Made by a program: the position numbers and the translations under genes. The notes under the pieces were generated by a model, which was given only the letters and a program-made list of their open reading frames with translations, had not been told where the DNA came from and made no database searches. 64,000 nt of DNA from Schizochytrium sp. TIO01 (taxonomy: Eukaryota > Protista > Bigyra: Labyrinthulomycetes): positions 1,116,001 through 1,180,000 of the forward strand of contig SMSO01000025.1 of NCBI GenBank assembly GCA_004764695.1, in the 5' to 3' direction. Below are positions 49,700-60,700 of this stretch, piece by piece (position 1 is the stretch's first letter; each line of letters opens with the position of its first letter).

Positions 49700-52522
49700 T
49701 CAATCGAGAGAAAACCTTGTGGGACGGACGCTGCCATCGGATAGTGGACGCTGTGGTGACGCCAACTGTGTTTTCTTGTTGTTCAAATGCCCACAGACAA
49801 CTACAGGATGAGCACGAAGTTGGCGTGCAAGAAGTCGCACGTCTCGTTTACTATATGTCAAATTTTTCCCATGCCAGGCTGTAAGTTTCCGCCGTAGGTC
49901 AGCAAGATCCGCCAAGACACGATCTGCAGAACTAAGTCTTGCGATAACATCGACAAGCTCGCTATGGCCTTTGGCCGGATCTAATGCCCAAGCTGAAAAA
50001 TGTTCGTCAGGCTCAAATATAGCTTCTGGAGCCGAACGATTGCTCGCGCCGATAAATTTTGTCAGCAATGATATAGGGTAATCCTTGCTAATCGAGCGGT
50101 GGTGACCTGCACTACGATTCGACTCCCCATGCCTCCGCAGTGTACGTTGTCGCGAGGTCCGAGCTGGTAAAAGTTTGAGATCATGCTGACGATCTGACAT
50201 CCACAAGCTTTGCCAATACTTTTCTCGGGTCATGTTTTCAAGACGGTCCGGCATGATGAACAAATTCTGGCCATGGAAATGACTACAAAATATGTCTTCA
50301 AGCTCGGCGGCCTCTAGAGTTCCTTCTTCGTAACTTTGAACAGCTTCATCAAGAGTGTTTGGGCGAAACTTAGATGGCGTACGGCGCAAACCTACTTCCT
50401 CTATTTGGTATCCGGAGAGAAATGGGTGCACGAGTAGTTCTGCAGCACTTGGTCGGGTAGTAGGATCAATCCTCATGCAATCGACTAAAAAGCTAACGAA
50501 AAGGTCACTGTAATCTGCTGGCGGGGCAGCTGGTATTGAATCCCCTTTTGCTATTGCCATTAGAGCCCAGTACGCACGTGACCCCTTTTCGCGAATTGGA
50601 AAATGCCCATGAGCCAAAGTGAGCAACATCATTCCAAGTGACCAAACATCCGCAGCCTGGCCAGAATGCTCACCATTGATCTGCTCAGGACTCATGTAAT
50701 TGAGTGTACCGACGAAACGTTTCGTACTTTCTTTTGAACCCTGATGAAAAGCCATATTTATTGACCTGCCTGATTCTGCTCCGATGGAAGTTCTAGCATT
50801 TGCAGATGAAGTACTGGCCTCGGTCTTTGGGCTTCTCGCCCGGGATGCAATACCAAAGTCTGCTAGTTTCACCGCTCCCATTTGTGAGACCAGAAAGTTC
50901 TCTGGTTTTACATCTCGATGGATGAGTCCCTTTGCATGAAGGTAAGTGAGCGCCAGCAACCCACTTCGTGCAACATGTGCAATCATAGCCTCTGAAAATT
51001 TGATTTTGCGTTCCAAAAGGCCGCTGATACTTGTTTCCATGTACTCCATAACCAATGAGACACCAACAGACGAATTAGGTCTTCGACGACGTCTGACAAA
51101 GCTCGAGCTTGTTCCAGTAAACGCATCTCGAAAGTGGACCATATACGGAGAGGGCCGGCGCATTCGCTTTATAGAACGTGGACGCACAATCACATTTGTT
51201 GGGGGTGGACACATTATTCTTGCTTTCCCGCTGGGGTTTTGTGGTATTGGAAAAGGTAGCTGGTCAAGCTTATCCTCGGCATCATTTAATTGGTCAAAAA
51301 TCGCGAGCTGCAATGCGTCGACTTGCATCTTGTCCATATTTAGGTGTTTTGTGAAAGCAGCAGCGGTATGGGGCGCATCATAGTTAATCGTTTTGTTTTC
51401 TCCGTCAGTGAAGTAGTCCTCTTCCTCCTCATTATCATCCTCTTCTTCCTCTTCTTCCTCCTCCTCCTCCTCCTCCTCGTCGTCGTCATCAAACTCCTCA
51501 TCCTCTTCATCCTCATCAGAATATTCTTCCTCACATTCACTGTAATAACATGGTGGTATTATAATCTCAGGGTTTGATGTTGAAGCTATGCCATTGTTGT
51601 GGGTTGATTTCGATTTTTGCTTTAATGATCTGAGGTGTGACTGAAAACGCTTTTTGCCTATTTTACTGAGTCTTTTACGTGCCTTTTTCAAAGAATAGGA
51701 TTTGCCTAAAATGATCGCACCGCGGAGACCACCACGATTGCGATCGTGTGGTTTCTTCAAAAGTAAGGCGAGCTTTTGATTAGGTTTTACAGGAGCTAAC
51801 CACACTGGATGAAAAACAAGAGGAAGGATCGACAACTCACGAGCCAACTGATGCCGCTTTTGACGCTCGTAAAGAGGTATCTCTTTGATGGCTACAATCT
51901 GAAGAGTTGGAACATGGATAGCTTTGTAAACTGTTGAGCAGGCACCATGTCCAATAATACCGAGACGAATATACTGCGAACATGAGCTCATGCGACCACG
52001 GAAGGTGTTGGGAATGAAGCACTGAAGTTGTTGTGGACAGGAAATGACATCCTGTGGGGTTTGCAAGATCCCAAACTCAGATATTTCAAAGCCTCCTAGG
52101 GTTACTGTTGCACCAGTGAGATTCCACGACGGCATACGAGAGTCTGCTCCGGTACTGAAATCCATCTCAAATGGAGAGGTTACTACTGTGCGAATATGCA
52201 GAACTGGTGGAGAGAGTGAAAGTTCTTCATGCGCAAAGTCGTCTTCAAGCTCTTCCTCCTCTTCCACGACAACGGATGCGGTCGACGTTGTTTTTGCGGA
52301 AACATCATCATCGTCATCATCATATTCAGGTGATTGTATTTTTAAGCTCCGATCTTGTTTAAAGCTGTTTTTTTTTTCATTTTCATAGATTGCTGCACAG
52401 CGAGCTTTCATGGAGGCTGAGTGTTGTCGAAGACGTACTTGAAAGCTTCCCGTAATCGATGCCATTCCTTTGAAAGAAGCAAATGTATTCCTGCCATGGT
52501 CCACCGGTCCTTTACTTGACAT
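49700..52522 (-). CDS. STE7/MAPKK-like Ser/Thr kinase (MKK3-like N-lobe) with large insertions, 940 aa
   Basis: IGHGACSTVYKAIHVPTLQIVAIKEI...KRHQLAREL, VSLVMEYM, IHRDVKPENFL, VKLADFG, FVGTLNYMSPEQI, ADVWSLG, RPSAAELLVHPF. Confidence 0.88.
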   Translation of the reverse strand: MSSKGPVDHGRNTFASFKGMASITGSFQVRLRQHSASMKARCAAIYENEKKNSFKQDRSLKIQSPEYDDDDDDVSAKTTSTASVVVEEEEELEDDFAHEELSLSPPVLHIRTVVTSPFEMDFSTGADSRMPSWNLTGATVTLGGFEISEFGILQTPQDVISCPQQLQCFIPNTFRGRMSSCSQYIRLGIIGHGACSTVYKAIHVPTLQIVAIKEIPLYERQKRHQLARELSILPLVFHPVWLAPVKPNQKLALLLKKPHDRNRGGLRGAIILGKSYSLKKARKRLSKIGKKRFQSHLRSLKQKSKSTHNNGIASTSNPEIIIPPCYYSECEEEYSDEDEEDEEFDDDDEEEEEEEEEEEEEDDNEEEEDYFTDGENKTINYDAPHTAAAFTKHLNMDKMQVDALQLAIFDQLNDAEDKLDQLPFPIPQNPSGKARIMCPPPTNVIVRPRSIKRMRRPSPYMVHFRDAFTGTSSSFVRRRRRPNSSVGVSLVMEYMETSISGLLERKIKFSEAMIAHVARSGLLALTYLHAKGLIHRDVKPENFLVSQMGAVKLADFGIASRARSPKTEASTSSANARTSIGAESGRSINMAFHQGSKESTKRFVGTLNYMSPEQINGEHSGQAADVWSLGMMLLTLAHGHFPIREKGSRAYWALMAIAKGDSIPAAPPADYSDLFVSFLVDCMRIDPTTRPSAAELLVHPFLSGYQIEEVGLRRTPSKFRPNTLDEAVQSYEEGTLEAAELEDIFCSHFHGQNLFIMPDRLENMTREKYWQSLWMSDRQHDLKLLPARTSRQRTLRRHGESNRSAGHHRSISKDYPISLLTKFIGASNRSAPEAIFEPDEHFSAWALDPAKGHSELVDVIARLSSADRVLADLADLRRKLTAWHGKNLTYSKRDVRLLARQLRAHPVVVCGHLNNKKTQLASPQRPLSDGSVRPTRFSLD

Positions 52523-54748
52523 AGCCAGCTTTGCAAAGGGCCGTGCCCCCTTGCTAAGGAAGGCCTCAAAGCGCTAAAGCTGATGCGGGAAATACCCTGC
52601 TCACAGCAACCTTCGCAAAAAATCTTACTCTTGTAGCAGCCTTGCGTGTCCTCTTCGCTTTTCGCCACGCCGCCTCCGTTAAACCCACGCGAAGAAGGAT
52701 TTTTTGGTGTTCTGCTGTGACCCAGGGCTAACGAGGACCTCTTTGCAGGTATTTATGATCAAACCCTTTGTTGTTGTTGTTCTTGGCACGGGATGCTTAT
52801 TCTTATCACAGAAGGTCTTGGCACTGCACTCCAACGATTTTGGCAGTGCCAAGGGCACTACTAGTACGACTGACTTTATTACTTGCCAGCGTTTTGGCGT
52901 TTATTTGTTGCCAAGAATGTGCAATATCGCCAAAGAAAGCGCACCGGCAAGTCTCAATCCTTGCTTTGCTTTGCTTAAGCTTGTTCTAACTTGTGATGGC
53001 CACTCTCAAAGGCATTGTGCGCCCCGCTTCCGGCCCTCCTGGAAGTAACTTAGGGGGAGATGATTGCGTGGTTGCGGATTCATTAGCAAGGATTCGGGAG
53101 GCTACCTGACAACAATTTCTCCCCTTCACATGCGAAGTCGCGTGACGACCCTTAATATAAGGTCCCGGCCCTAGAAAAGGGGGTTTCCTTGGAATGTTCA
53201 GCCAAGTGTCGGTAGCTTAGGATTACCCTTTTAAACAGAGATTAAAAAGGGAAAGGTACAAGGCGTTTCTTCTTAGACCGGTCAGCTCCAGGCTGAATGC
53301 ACCCTTCACAATTCTTGTGATGACTGCCTCCTCGCGCAGCTCTTCCACTTCATCGAGTGGCTATAGACTATGCAACCAGCTATCGACCAGCAGAGTATAA
53401 CCTTTACATGATAAGATGACGAAAGGCGCTGCGCTATTAATTGAGATAGGTACCTGCTGTCAGCACCAACGATAGTATCTACATACTGCTGCCGTGCTGA
53501 GTTCACGTTTCTGTATCGAAGCTGCCATGAGAACTATAGCAGTCCCATGCAGGTCCCAGGTGTGCTCGCCGTCGTGCACCAACGTGAGGCGGACATAGAG
53601 TAGTCCCAAATCTTTGGGTACTAGTTCGCCTCGTTCTAAAATGTCCCAGAACCATAATTGTTTCACCGCAACGCATTTTCACATATATAAATACTACTGT
53701 TTTCCGTAGAATAGTTTACGGTGATGATCCTGCTTCATCAAGATATGACTTCCAGACATGGTAAAGAAGGCATGCACGCGAAAGTCACGATGAAGAAATG
53801 CTGACCAGGTTTGAAGAAGATTGCCATTCAATATTTTCATTAATAGTACAACATGAAACTCCTTTATACTACCAAAGCTGTCTCAAGTGAAGAAATGCAA
53901 TCAATATTTTGACGACAAAGTGCCAAACCATCCCCATTTTATTATCGTCCCGGCGTGTCAAGCTTCTTTGACCTTAGCTCTAAATTTATGGGCCATGGGG
54001 GTTTGGCTCCTCAGCTTTCCCTTGCAATAAATTGACAGCCTCTTCTTTCTTTTATTATATTAGTTGTTATTTTATAGAATTAATATTAACAAATGTGCAA
54101 AACCTGTATACCATTAAGTTTGTATTTATTTATTGTCCTATGATAAATTTGGAGAAAGGCATCTGTCGCGTATACAAAAATCAAATACCGTGATTACTGA
54201 CCCCAAACCATCCAAATCTGTAACGCTTCAAATCTACGTCTTTGAAATAAATATATGCTGATCATGATGCCAGGAGCTACAAGTAAAGTCAGCCTATAGA
54301 GGAAAGCCAATGTCATCTTAGTCTTTTAAACTTATGTTTTCCAAGACTTTGGCCGTATTTTTCAACTCACGAAACAATTATTTATTAGTTCAAGGAAGTT
54401 GGTAAGTCTGTTACATCATGTTCCCGTTTGCTGGCTCGTCTCAATTCTTGCACTTTTAAAAGATGACATTTGCGAGAATTTTGTCCTTTAGTTATATTTG
54501 TAGAGTTTTTGTTATTAAGTCCCACTATCTACTGCTACAGTTATATGTAGTTAAGTTATAATCCCCTTAGCCTTCAAACGGTCTTGTTTTTGCGGGCTGG
54601 GACCAACTTGAAGAAGTAGACCTCCATAACTTTGCACGGTTCTTCTAAATTTCGAATCAGGAGCATAATTACTTGAGGGTTTATATGCTACAGCGTAGAT
54701 CAGTTTGTCCGTCTGGAGCAGCCACAGGTCAGGTACGGGGATTTAACG

Positions 54749-55729
54749 ATGCAGGACGGGACAGAGGAGAGCCTCCGATCCCTCTTGAAACAGGTACAAC
54801 AAGCGCAAAAACATCAAAACCTTTGTGTAGAGGACCAAGCAGCACTCCGTGCCGCCCATGCAATGATAAGGAGTTTAAGTAAGAGCCCGGGTGGCCCTGG
54901 GGTGCGTAAACGAGAAAAGTCTGACTTAAACGGGAAAAAGCAGGATATTAATAATGAGCAAAGCCACCGAGTTCTACATTCAAATTCGCTGCATCATATA
55001 AGTTCACCTTCCAAGCACGTGAATTCTTGGACGAAAACTAGGGGCAAACGTAGTCAAGGACAGCACCTTGTAAAGTTAGCTAATGAGTTGGAGCTTGTAG
55101 CAGAGGTCTTATCCAAAAGGAAGTACGGGACCCCACAACCGAGAGAGACAAACACAACTAGGCGGTTATCGCTGAAAAATGCCAATACTCAAAAGTGTCT
55201 CAAGTCTGATGAATCTAGAACCTTTCAAGAGAAATCTTCTTGCTGTATCCAAATCGGTCATGCTGATCTCGACTATTTGATGGAGAAACGAGCCGATGCG
55301 GACGAATTTCTAACCTCGCAGATCCGTGCACGAAGGAGATGTTTACCAACCAAATCTGCAGCAAGTGAACCTGATCTTGCGCAAACAAGTTTTTGGGATG
55401 CATGGGCTTCTCTCACATTTGGGAATCTCACACCGGATGGAAATCTAGAGGAGAGCAGTGAAGACGAAGGCGAAGATAAAGATGCGTCAAAGCTCGCAAG
55501 CCAGAGCGGAAGGGGAAAGCAAATAGTAAATCTCGACCCCCTCCGTGACGTTGATGAAGCAGAATCTTGGATTATGACAGGTCAAGATCACCAGCGTGAT
55601 TTTGTCTCTACGATGGACTCTGTTCTGGCCCTTCTAGCTCGGGGTGAGGATTTTTTGCAAAAGAGAAAGCCAGAAAGGCCTTCCAGCATTACAAGTGATA
55701 CTTCCTCGAGGTCGTCCACCTTTGTTTAA
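54749..55729 (+). CDS. Hypothetical protein, 326 aa, largely disordered
   Basis: ATG-initiated 981-nt ORF in AT-richer surroundings. No domain recognised. Confidence 0.6.
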   Translation: MQDGTEESLRSLLKQVQQAQKHQNLCVEDQAALRAAHAMIRSLSKSPGGPGVRKREKSDLNGKKQDINNEQSHRVLHSNSLHHISSPSKHVNSWTKTRGKRSQGQHLVKLANELELVAEVLSKRKYGTPQPRETNTTRRLSLKNANTQKCLKSDESRTFQEKSSCCIQIGHADLDYLMEKRADADEFLTSQIRARRRCLPTKSAASEPDLAQTSFWDAWASLTFGNLTPDGNLEESSEDEGEDKDASKLASQSGRGKQIVNLDPLRDVDEAESWIMTGQDHQRDFVSTMDSVLALLARGEDFLQKRKPERPSSITSDTSSRSSTFV

Positions 55730-56326
55730 TCATACAGCTCGAACTAACCCCATCAAACAGTTATGTCTGGTCAACGTCAAGGCGTATCTCAGCAGGTCTT
55801 TGCTCACTCTAATTACTGGAGTTTGTCTCACATGGATGACTTAATACTCCAAACAACATTTCAATTACATAGAGATGTTATAAACTAGTGCTACCTCCAT
55901 TGTTCATCCTCTCCTGTAGTAGGTCTACAGCATTTCTTTACGTTTTCAAATGCAGCATGGCACAACCTCCGTACTGCTAGGACCTGTGAATGTTTGATGC
56001 GCACTGAGTCTCACCATAGAATGAAAAGAATTTTTTGCTTAGCTACTTGTATAGTTTCTAGTAACTAGGTGGTGCGAAGCTACAAAATTTAATGAAACAC
56101 GAAACACACTGCAATCGTAGATCAAGAAAGAGGCCCCGGCAAACTTCGATCGAGGTCCCCTCTGCTACGAGTTTGTGACTCTGCTAAGGATTTGAACGGT
56201 TCCGCGCAAAACACATTCTACTCGTGCCTTGAAGATTGCGAGTCTTATTCGACTGAGCTCAATACTTTGGGGTCGTGAAAAGGGTCGGTGTTCAAGCAAG
56301 ATTGATCATTGCCCGTGGCTAGAACT

Positions 56327-57553
56327 ATGGCGACGACAAATGCCAAAGCTTCTGAGCAAGCTCAAGCTGCCCAGAACCCACCACGCAGTGATGCTCTAAG
56401 TGTTGATTCAGAGCGCCGAGCTCCGGTAACGATTCTCACAGGGCTGCTGGGGGCGGGGAAAACAACCCTTTTGAGAGGGCTTTTGCACGGAGATCATGGC
56501 CGGCGTTTGGCCATTATTGAAAACGAATTTGGTGATGAAAAGGGTATTGAGAGGCTAATTGCCCGTGACCAAGAAGGTGCTAAGGTCGATCTCGATGACC
56601 TATTTGTGGAGCTGAGCAATGGATGCGTATGCTGTGCAGTGAAAGATGATCTGGTGACAACCCTGGAGGGGCTTTTGGAGCGTTCGAACAAGTTTGACCA
56701 AATTATTGTGGAAACCACTGGTGTTGCAGATCCTGGTCCTCTTGCTGGCGTCTTTTGGCTTGATGAAGCTCTTGAAAGCAGGATTTTCCTTGATGGCATT
56801 GTTGCTGTTGCTGATGCAAAGAACTTGCAGCGGCACCTTGATGACCCTCGTAAGCAAGCTGGTTCTGGCTTCGTCAATGAGGCAATCAAGCAACTTGGAT
56901 ATGCTGATCGAATCGTTCTCAACAAGACTGATTTGGTTGACGAAGCTGGTCTTGAGACTGCCTTGAATCGTATTAAAGAGATCAATTCTTTGGCGCAAAT
57001 CGTCCAAACCTCCTATTCTAAGGTTGATCCTAGTTTCGTCCTCGATGTACGAGGGTACACAACAATCGCTGACACTACAGAGCATCAACTTTCTTCACTG
57101 CAGCAAGAGCTTCTGGCTCAGGAGCAGCCGAGCGAAAAATCCCATGGGGAGGAGCATAAGCACGAACATGGTGAGCCCTGTGGCGACGAATGCGGAAGGG
57201 TGCATGGTTCACAACGTCATGATACAAGTATCACCTCCTGTGTAGTGCGTCTTGATAACCTTGCTTTAAATAAGGCCAAGCTTGAGAGCTGGCTTGGAGG
57301 CTTACTTTGGGAACCTGAGGGAGATGAAACATCACGCTCAGAAATTTTTCGGGTTAAGGGCTTTGTGAATATCGGCGATTCCGATTACGTGCATATTTTG
57401 CAGGGCGTTCATGAAACCTTTGAGATTGATGCTTCTCAGGAGAAGTGGGGTAGCGAGGCTTTTCCAGAGCGGGATACTCGCATTGTCTTTATTGGTAGGA
57501 ACCTTGATCTTGAATTGCTTACGCGCGGCCTGCGTGAAGAGGTAGCTGAGTAG
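56327..57553 (+). CDS. CobW/COG0523 (ZNG1-like) G3E P-loop GTPase metallochaperone
   Basis: PVTILTGLLGAGKTTLL, AIIENEFG, ELSNGCVCC (CxCC), VETTGVADP, LNKTD, His-rich linker, C-terminal IFRVKG...LQGVH...IVFIGRNL. ATG at 56327. Confidence 0.95.
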   Translation: MATTNAKASEQAQAAQNPPRSDALSVDSERRAPVTILTGLLGAGKTTLLRGLLHGDHGRRLAIIENEFGDEKGIERLIARDQEGAKVDLDDLFVELSNGCVCCAVKDDLVTTLEGLLERSNKFDQIIVETTGVADPGPLAGVFWLDEALESRIFLDGIVAVADAKNLQRHLDDPRKQAGSGFVNEAIKQLGYADRIVLNKTDLVDEAGLETALNRIKEINSLAQIVQTSYSKVDPSFVLDVRGYTTIADTTEHQLSSLQQELLAQEQPSEKSHGEEHKHEHGEPCGDECGRVHGSQRHDTSITSCVVRLDNLALNKAKLESWLGGLLWEPEGDETSRSEIFRVKGFVNIGDSDYVHILQGVHETFEIDASQEKWGSEAFPERDTRIVFIGRNLDLELLTRGLREEVAE

Positions 57554-58038
57554 ATACCAATGCCTTGTCATCTATTTTGTTTTGGAGTGCATATGTGCTG
57601 CCATTATTGCCTCACCCAATACCTTCGTATGGTGTAGCGTATCTGTTGCTGCAGATTCTAATAGACGGCAGACGTGGCCCTATGTTTGTCTTTTCCTACT
57701 TTGCTTGGTGAAGGTGATATTGGCAAAAGATAAACTCAACCTTCATTCTTTCTTGTAGCGCGTATCTTGGCAGGTTGTGCACGAAAGGATTCTCTCTTAC
57801 TTTATTATACAGGCAGAGAATTTAATCAAAATAGATATTAACTTTTCAATGACATGTCGTTGTTCTTTGCTTCTTATCCAACTCGTATCATTTATTGGAA
57901 AAATATTTAGACCAGTAGTAAAGTATATATACTGGGACCAAGTCACTCAAAGCTTCTGGGCGCGTGTGTGTGAGTGTGAAATAATATTCAACAAGGGAAT
58001 GTATCATCAAAAGCATAGATTTTTCTTTTAAAGGTAGA

Positions 58039-58659
58039 TTACTTCTCATAGTACTCCTTGATCTGCTCGTCCTCAAGAAGAGTTTCATAGATCTTGAGGA
58101 GTTCTGGAGCGCGCTCGGTGACAAGCTCCTTGGGAAATCCAAAGTGGCCGTCCATGATGTTCTTGACGAGCACAAAGACGACAACATCGGCAATAGAGCG
58201 AACCTTGCCAACAGCAAATCCGTTCTCCTTCACATTCTCACTAACCTTGGAGTTAATGTAGGTAAAGAGCTTGGCAAGGCGGCAACCATCTTTGCAGAGC
58301 TCCTCACGTGCCGAGGTGGCCTCTTCCGGTGCAAGAAACAATGTGGGGATGAGTGCCTGGGTGAAGACATCCGCACACTGAAGCAATTCATCAACATAGA
58401 AGGCTTCAAGGGTGTCCTCGGGGTACAAGTTTGCAAGCCGAGCAGCAAAGGTCATGATTGCAGTGCTTTGAACATGCTGAACACCATCGATCTCAAGGCA
58501 TGGCATCTCACCGAGAGGCATCTCAGGTTTGACCTTCTCAGCCCAATCCGGGAAGGAAACACGTACATCCTCAAACTCGATCTTTCCGAGTGTAAATGCG
58601 AGACGAGCGGCCTCGGCGCGGCCAGCCATGTCAAAGTATGTCAGCTTGTAAGACGGCAT
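58039..58659 (-). CDS. Glutathione S-transferase, sigma-class-like
   Basis: MPSYKLTYFDMAGRAEAARLAF (catalytic Tyr), MPLGEMPCLEIDG, VQSTAI, ARLANLYP, RSIADV N-cap motif. Confidence 0.93.
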   Translation of the reverse strand: MPSYKLTYFDMAGRAEAARLAFTLGKIEFEDVRVSFPDWAEKVKPEMPLGEMPCLEIDGVQHVQSTAIMTFAARLANLYPEDTLEAFYVDELLQCADVFTQALIPTLFLAPEEATSAREELCKDGCRLAKLFTYINSKVSENVKENGFAVGKVRSIADVVVFVLVKNIMDGHFGFPKELVTERAPELLKIYETLLEDEQIKEYYEK

Positions 58660-59319
58660 TTTGTCTGGGTATGTGTTGTGTTGCGATTTGAAAAAATATG
58701 AAAACAATCTATTCGGGTTTGCTGGACCTCGAGGATTAGGTTTTGCTTGCTCTCTTTCGCTTGTGGCATCAACTAGGTAATTAATTATATACTGCGGGCT
58801 TTTTCGTCACCCTCCCGAGACTCACGATTCACATGTAATATCTCGCAACCCCTGACTATCGAAAGATTATTTCCTTCTTCTCAGACCACTTATGATCTTC
58901 GACTACCAGCTAGCTAGGTTCTGCATGCAGCAGTTCCAATTCGCTGTGTGTCGATATCCCCGCTGGTTCTAGAGTTTTTTGGAGTGCCAAAGGATTTTCT
59001 TCCTGGGACGTCGGCAGAGAATGTAATTTCACCTTGGCTGCAGGTTCCTGCTGCGCGGCTATCCAAAAAGCAACCGAGCCTCCTGTTCCTAGAGAGAGAG
59101 CCTCATCTTGTTAGACTGTGCAAGAATAGCTGTAGATCTCAGCCATCCTGATGGATCACAAATTCCGCCCAGCATGAACGCTGCATTCCATAATCCGCAA
59201 TCATGCCAAAGATGGTGTCGCTTTAATAGTCCCAAGAACCGCAATGCGGCACCTTCGGTTATTCAGCCGAGCTTGCTCAATAATTCTAATGCTACCTAAG
59301 TTTAGGTACCCAGAGAACT

Positions 59320-59416
59320 ACCATGGTGTCAGAATAAGAGTGTCAAAGTAAAAAATAGCCGCCACCATGGTGTCAGAATAAGAGTGTCAAAGTAAAAAAT
59401 AGCCACCACCATGGTG
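59320..59416. repeat. 44-bp tandem duplication (2 copies plus partial)
   Basis: ACCATGGTGTCAGAATAAGAGTGTCAAAGTAAAAAATAGCC(G/A)CC starts at 59320 and 59364, with a partial copy at 59408. Confidence 0.92.
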
Positions 59417-60700
59417 AAATGCACGCTTTGACATGTGGTCCGCCAGAAGTACCATCGCCAACATCGTAGACAATTTGATACCCTACTTAGGCTCTCAGCG
59501 AGTTTCCACGTGCAATCTACCGGCAATATTCATTCCAGTGCCGAGATTCATCAAGTTGAAAGCTTTACATGCCACTTCTCACTTTCAACAATGAAACAAC
59601 TCTTCGAAAAGAACATCAATTATAGTTTTCTGTGATAAGACTCTATATCGGCGGATGACGATGTTCTATTCATAATATCCTTGTATTTAGCCCGGCCGCA
59701 TCGCTGCTGCTCCAATTTCGCTCATGCTAAAATTCATAGTGTGCTTTCCCACGTACAGATTGAGCTTTTTAGCAACCGAGATCTCAACTTTAAGATATAA
59801 TCAAATTATAAACCGAATTAACACTTGCATCACCTATCTTCTGAGAGTTTATCGCTCATGTCTGATCTGCAGCACGTCTTAATCGTCTTGGCACCTCAAG
59901 ATTGAGCGTCAAGATAACCTTATAGCCCTAGGTCCCCATAGCTGGCTCTTAAGGACGTAATAACTGGCGCTCGTCCCCCTATATCACAGAATACCCAGCT
60001 TCAAGTGTCTTGTTTACTGTCGATGCTGATTTTTCATTGAGTTACTAGGTACCTAATTAGTACCATAGTGCGAGTTGATACACCATCATCCACACAAAGC
60101 AAGGCATTTTTTGGCGAGCACTGGCTCAAGCAGCCATATGGTAGCCCGTAATTATAACAATAATATGGACACAGCTTCTTCATCAAATATCATAAGCACA
60201 GTTTTAATTACCTAAATGATTCCATTCAAAAAACAGAGTACTACAACTATCAAAACAACAACACAAAGATGGCGCTCATAAGCTCTGCATTGTGATTCAG
60301 TTAGAACCAGTGCTCCGATTGTTTCGAGTGATGTAGCAGTTCAAATGACACCACAAGACTCACTGGTTGATTGATGTAATAGTTCATTTGACACAGCCAT
60401 GCTTAGGTACTAATGGGCTTACTATATAACCTAATGATACTGGAGAAGAATGTGGATGTGATTTAGCCTTTAGTAGTCAAATCGATCAATCGAAAAACGA
60501 TCGTGGTCTGCGTGGCATCTCTCGCTCGGGTGGCGGCAGGTGTTCTCTACAGCTAACTTGTTTGTCACTTTGCACGCATAGCCTGCTCCCTCAGGTTCTA
60601 CTTGTCTCTGCGTGCTGCGTTCTTCATTGCGGTCTGGTCGTCCTCTTCGGTGGTTGCACCTCACCTCGTTTTTAAAAGTAAGGCGTTACCTTTTATCAGC

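Noticed and set aside
59320-59416. CRISPR-like repeat
   Set aside because: Head-to-tail duplication without spacers, eukaryotic context, and no cas genes.
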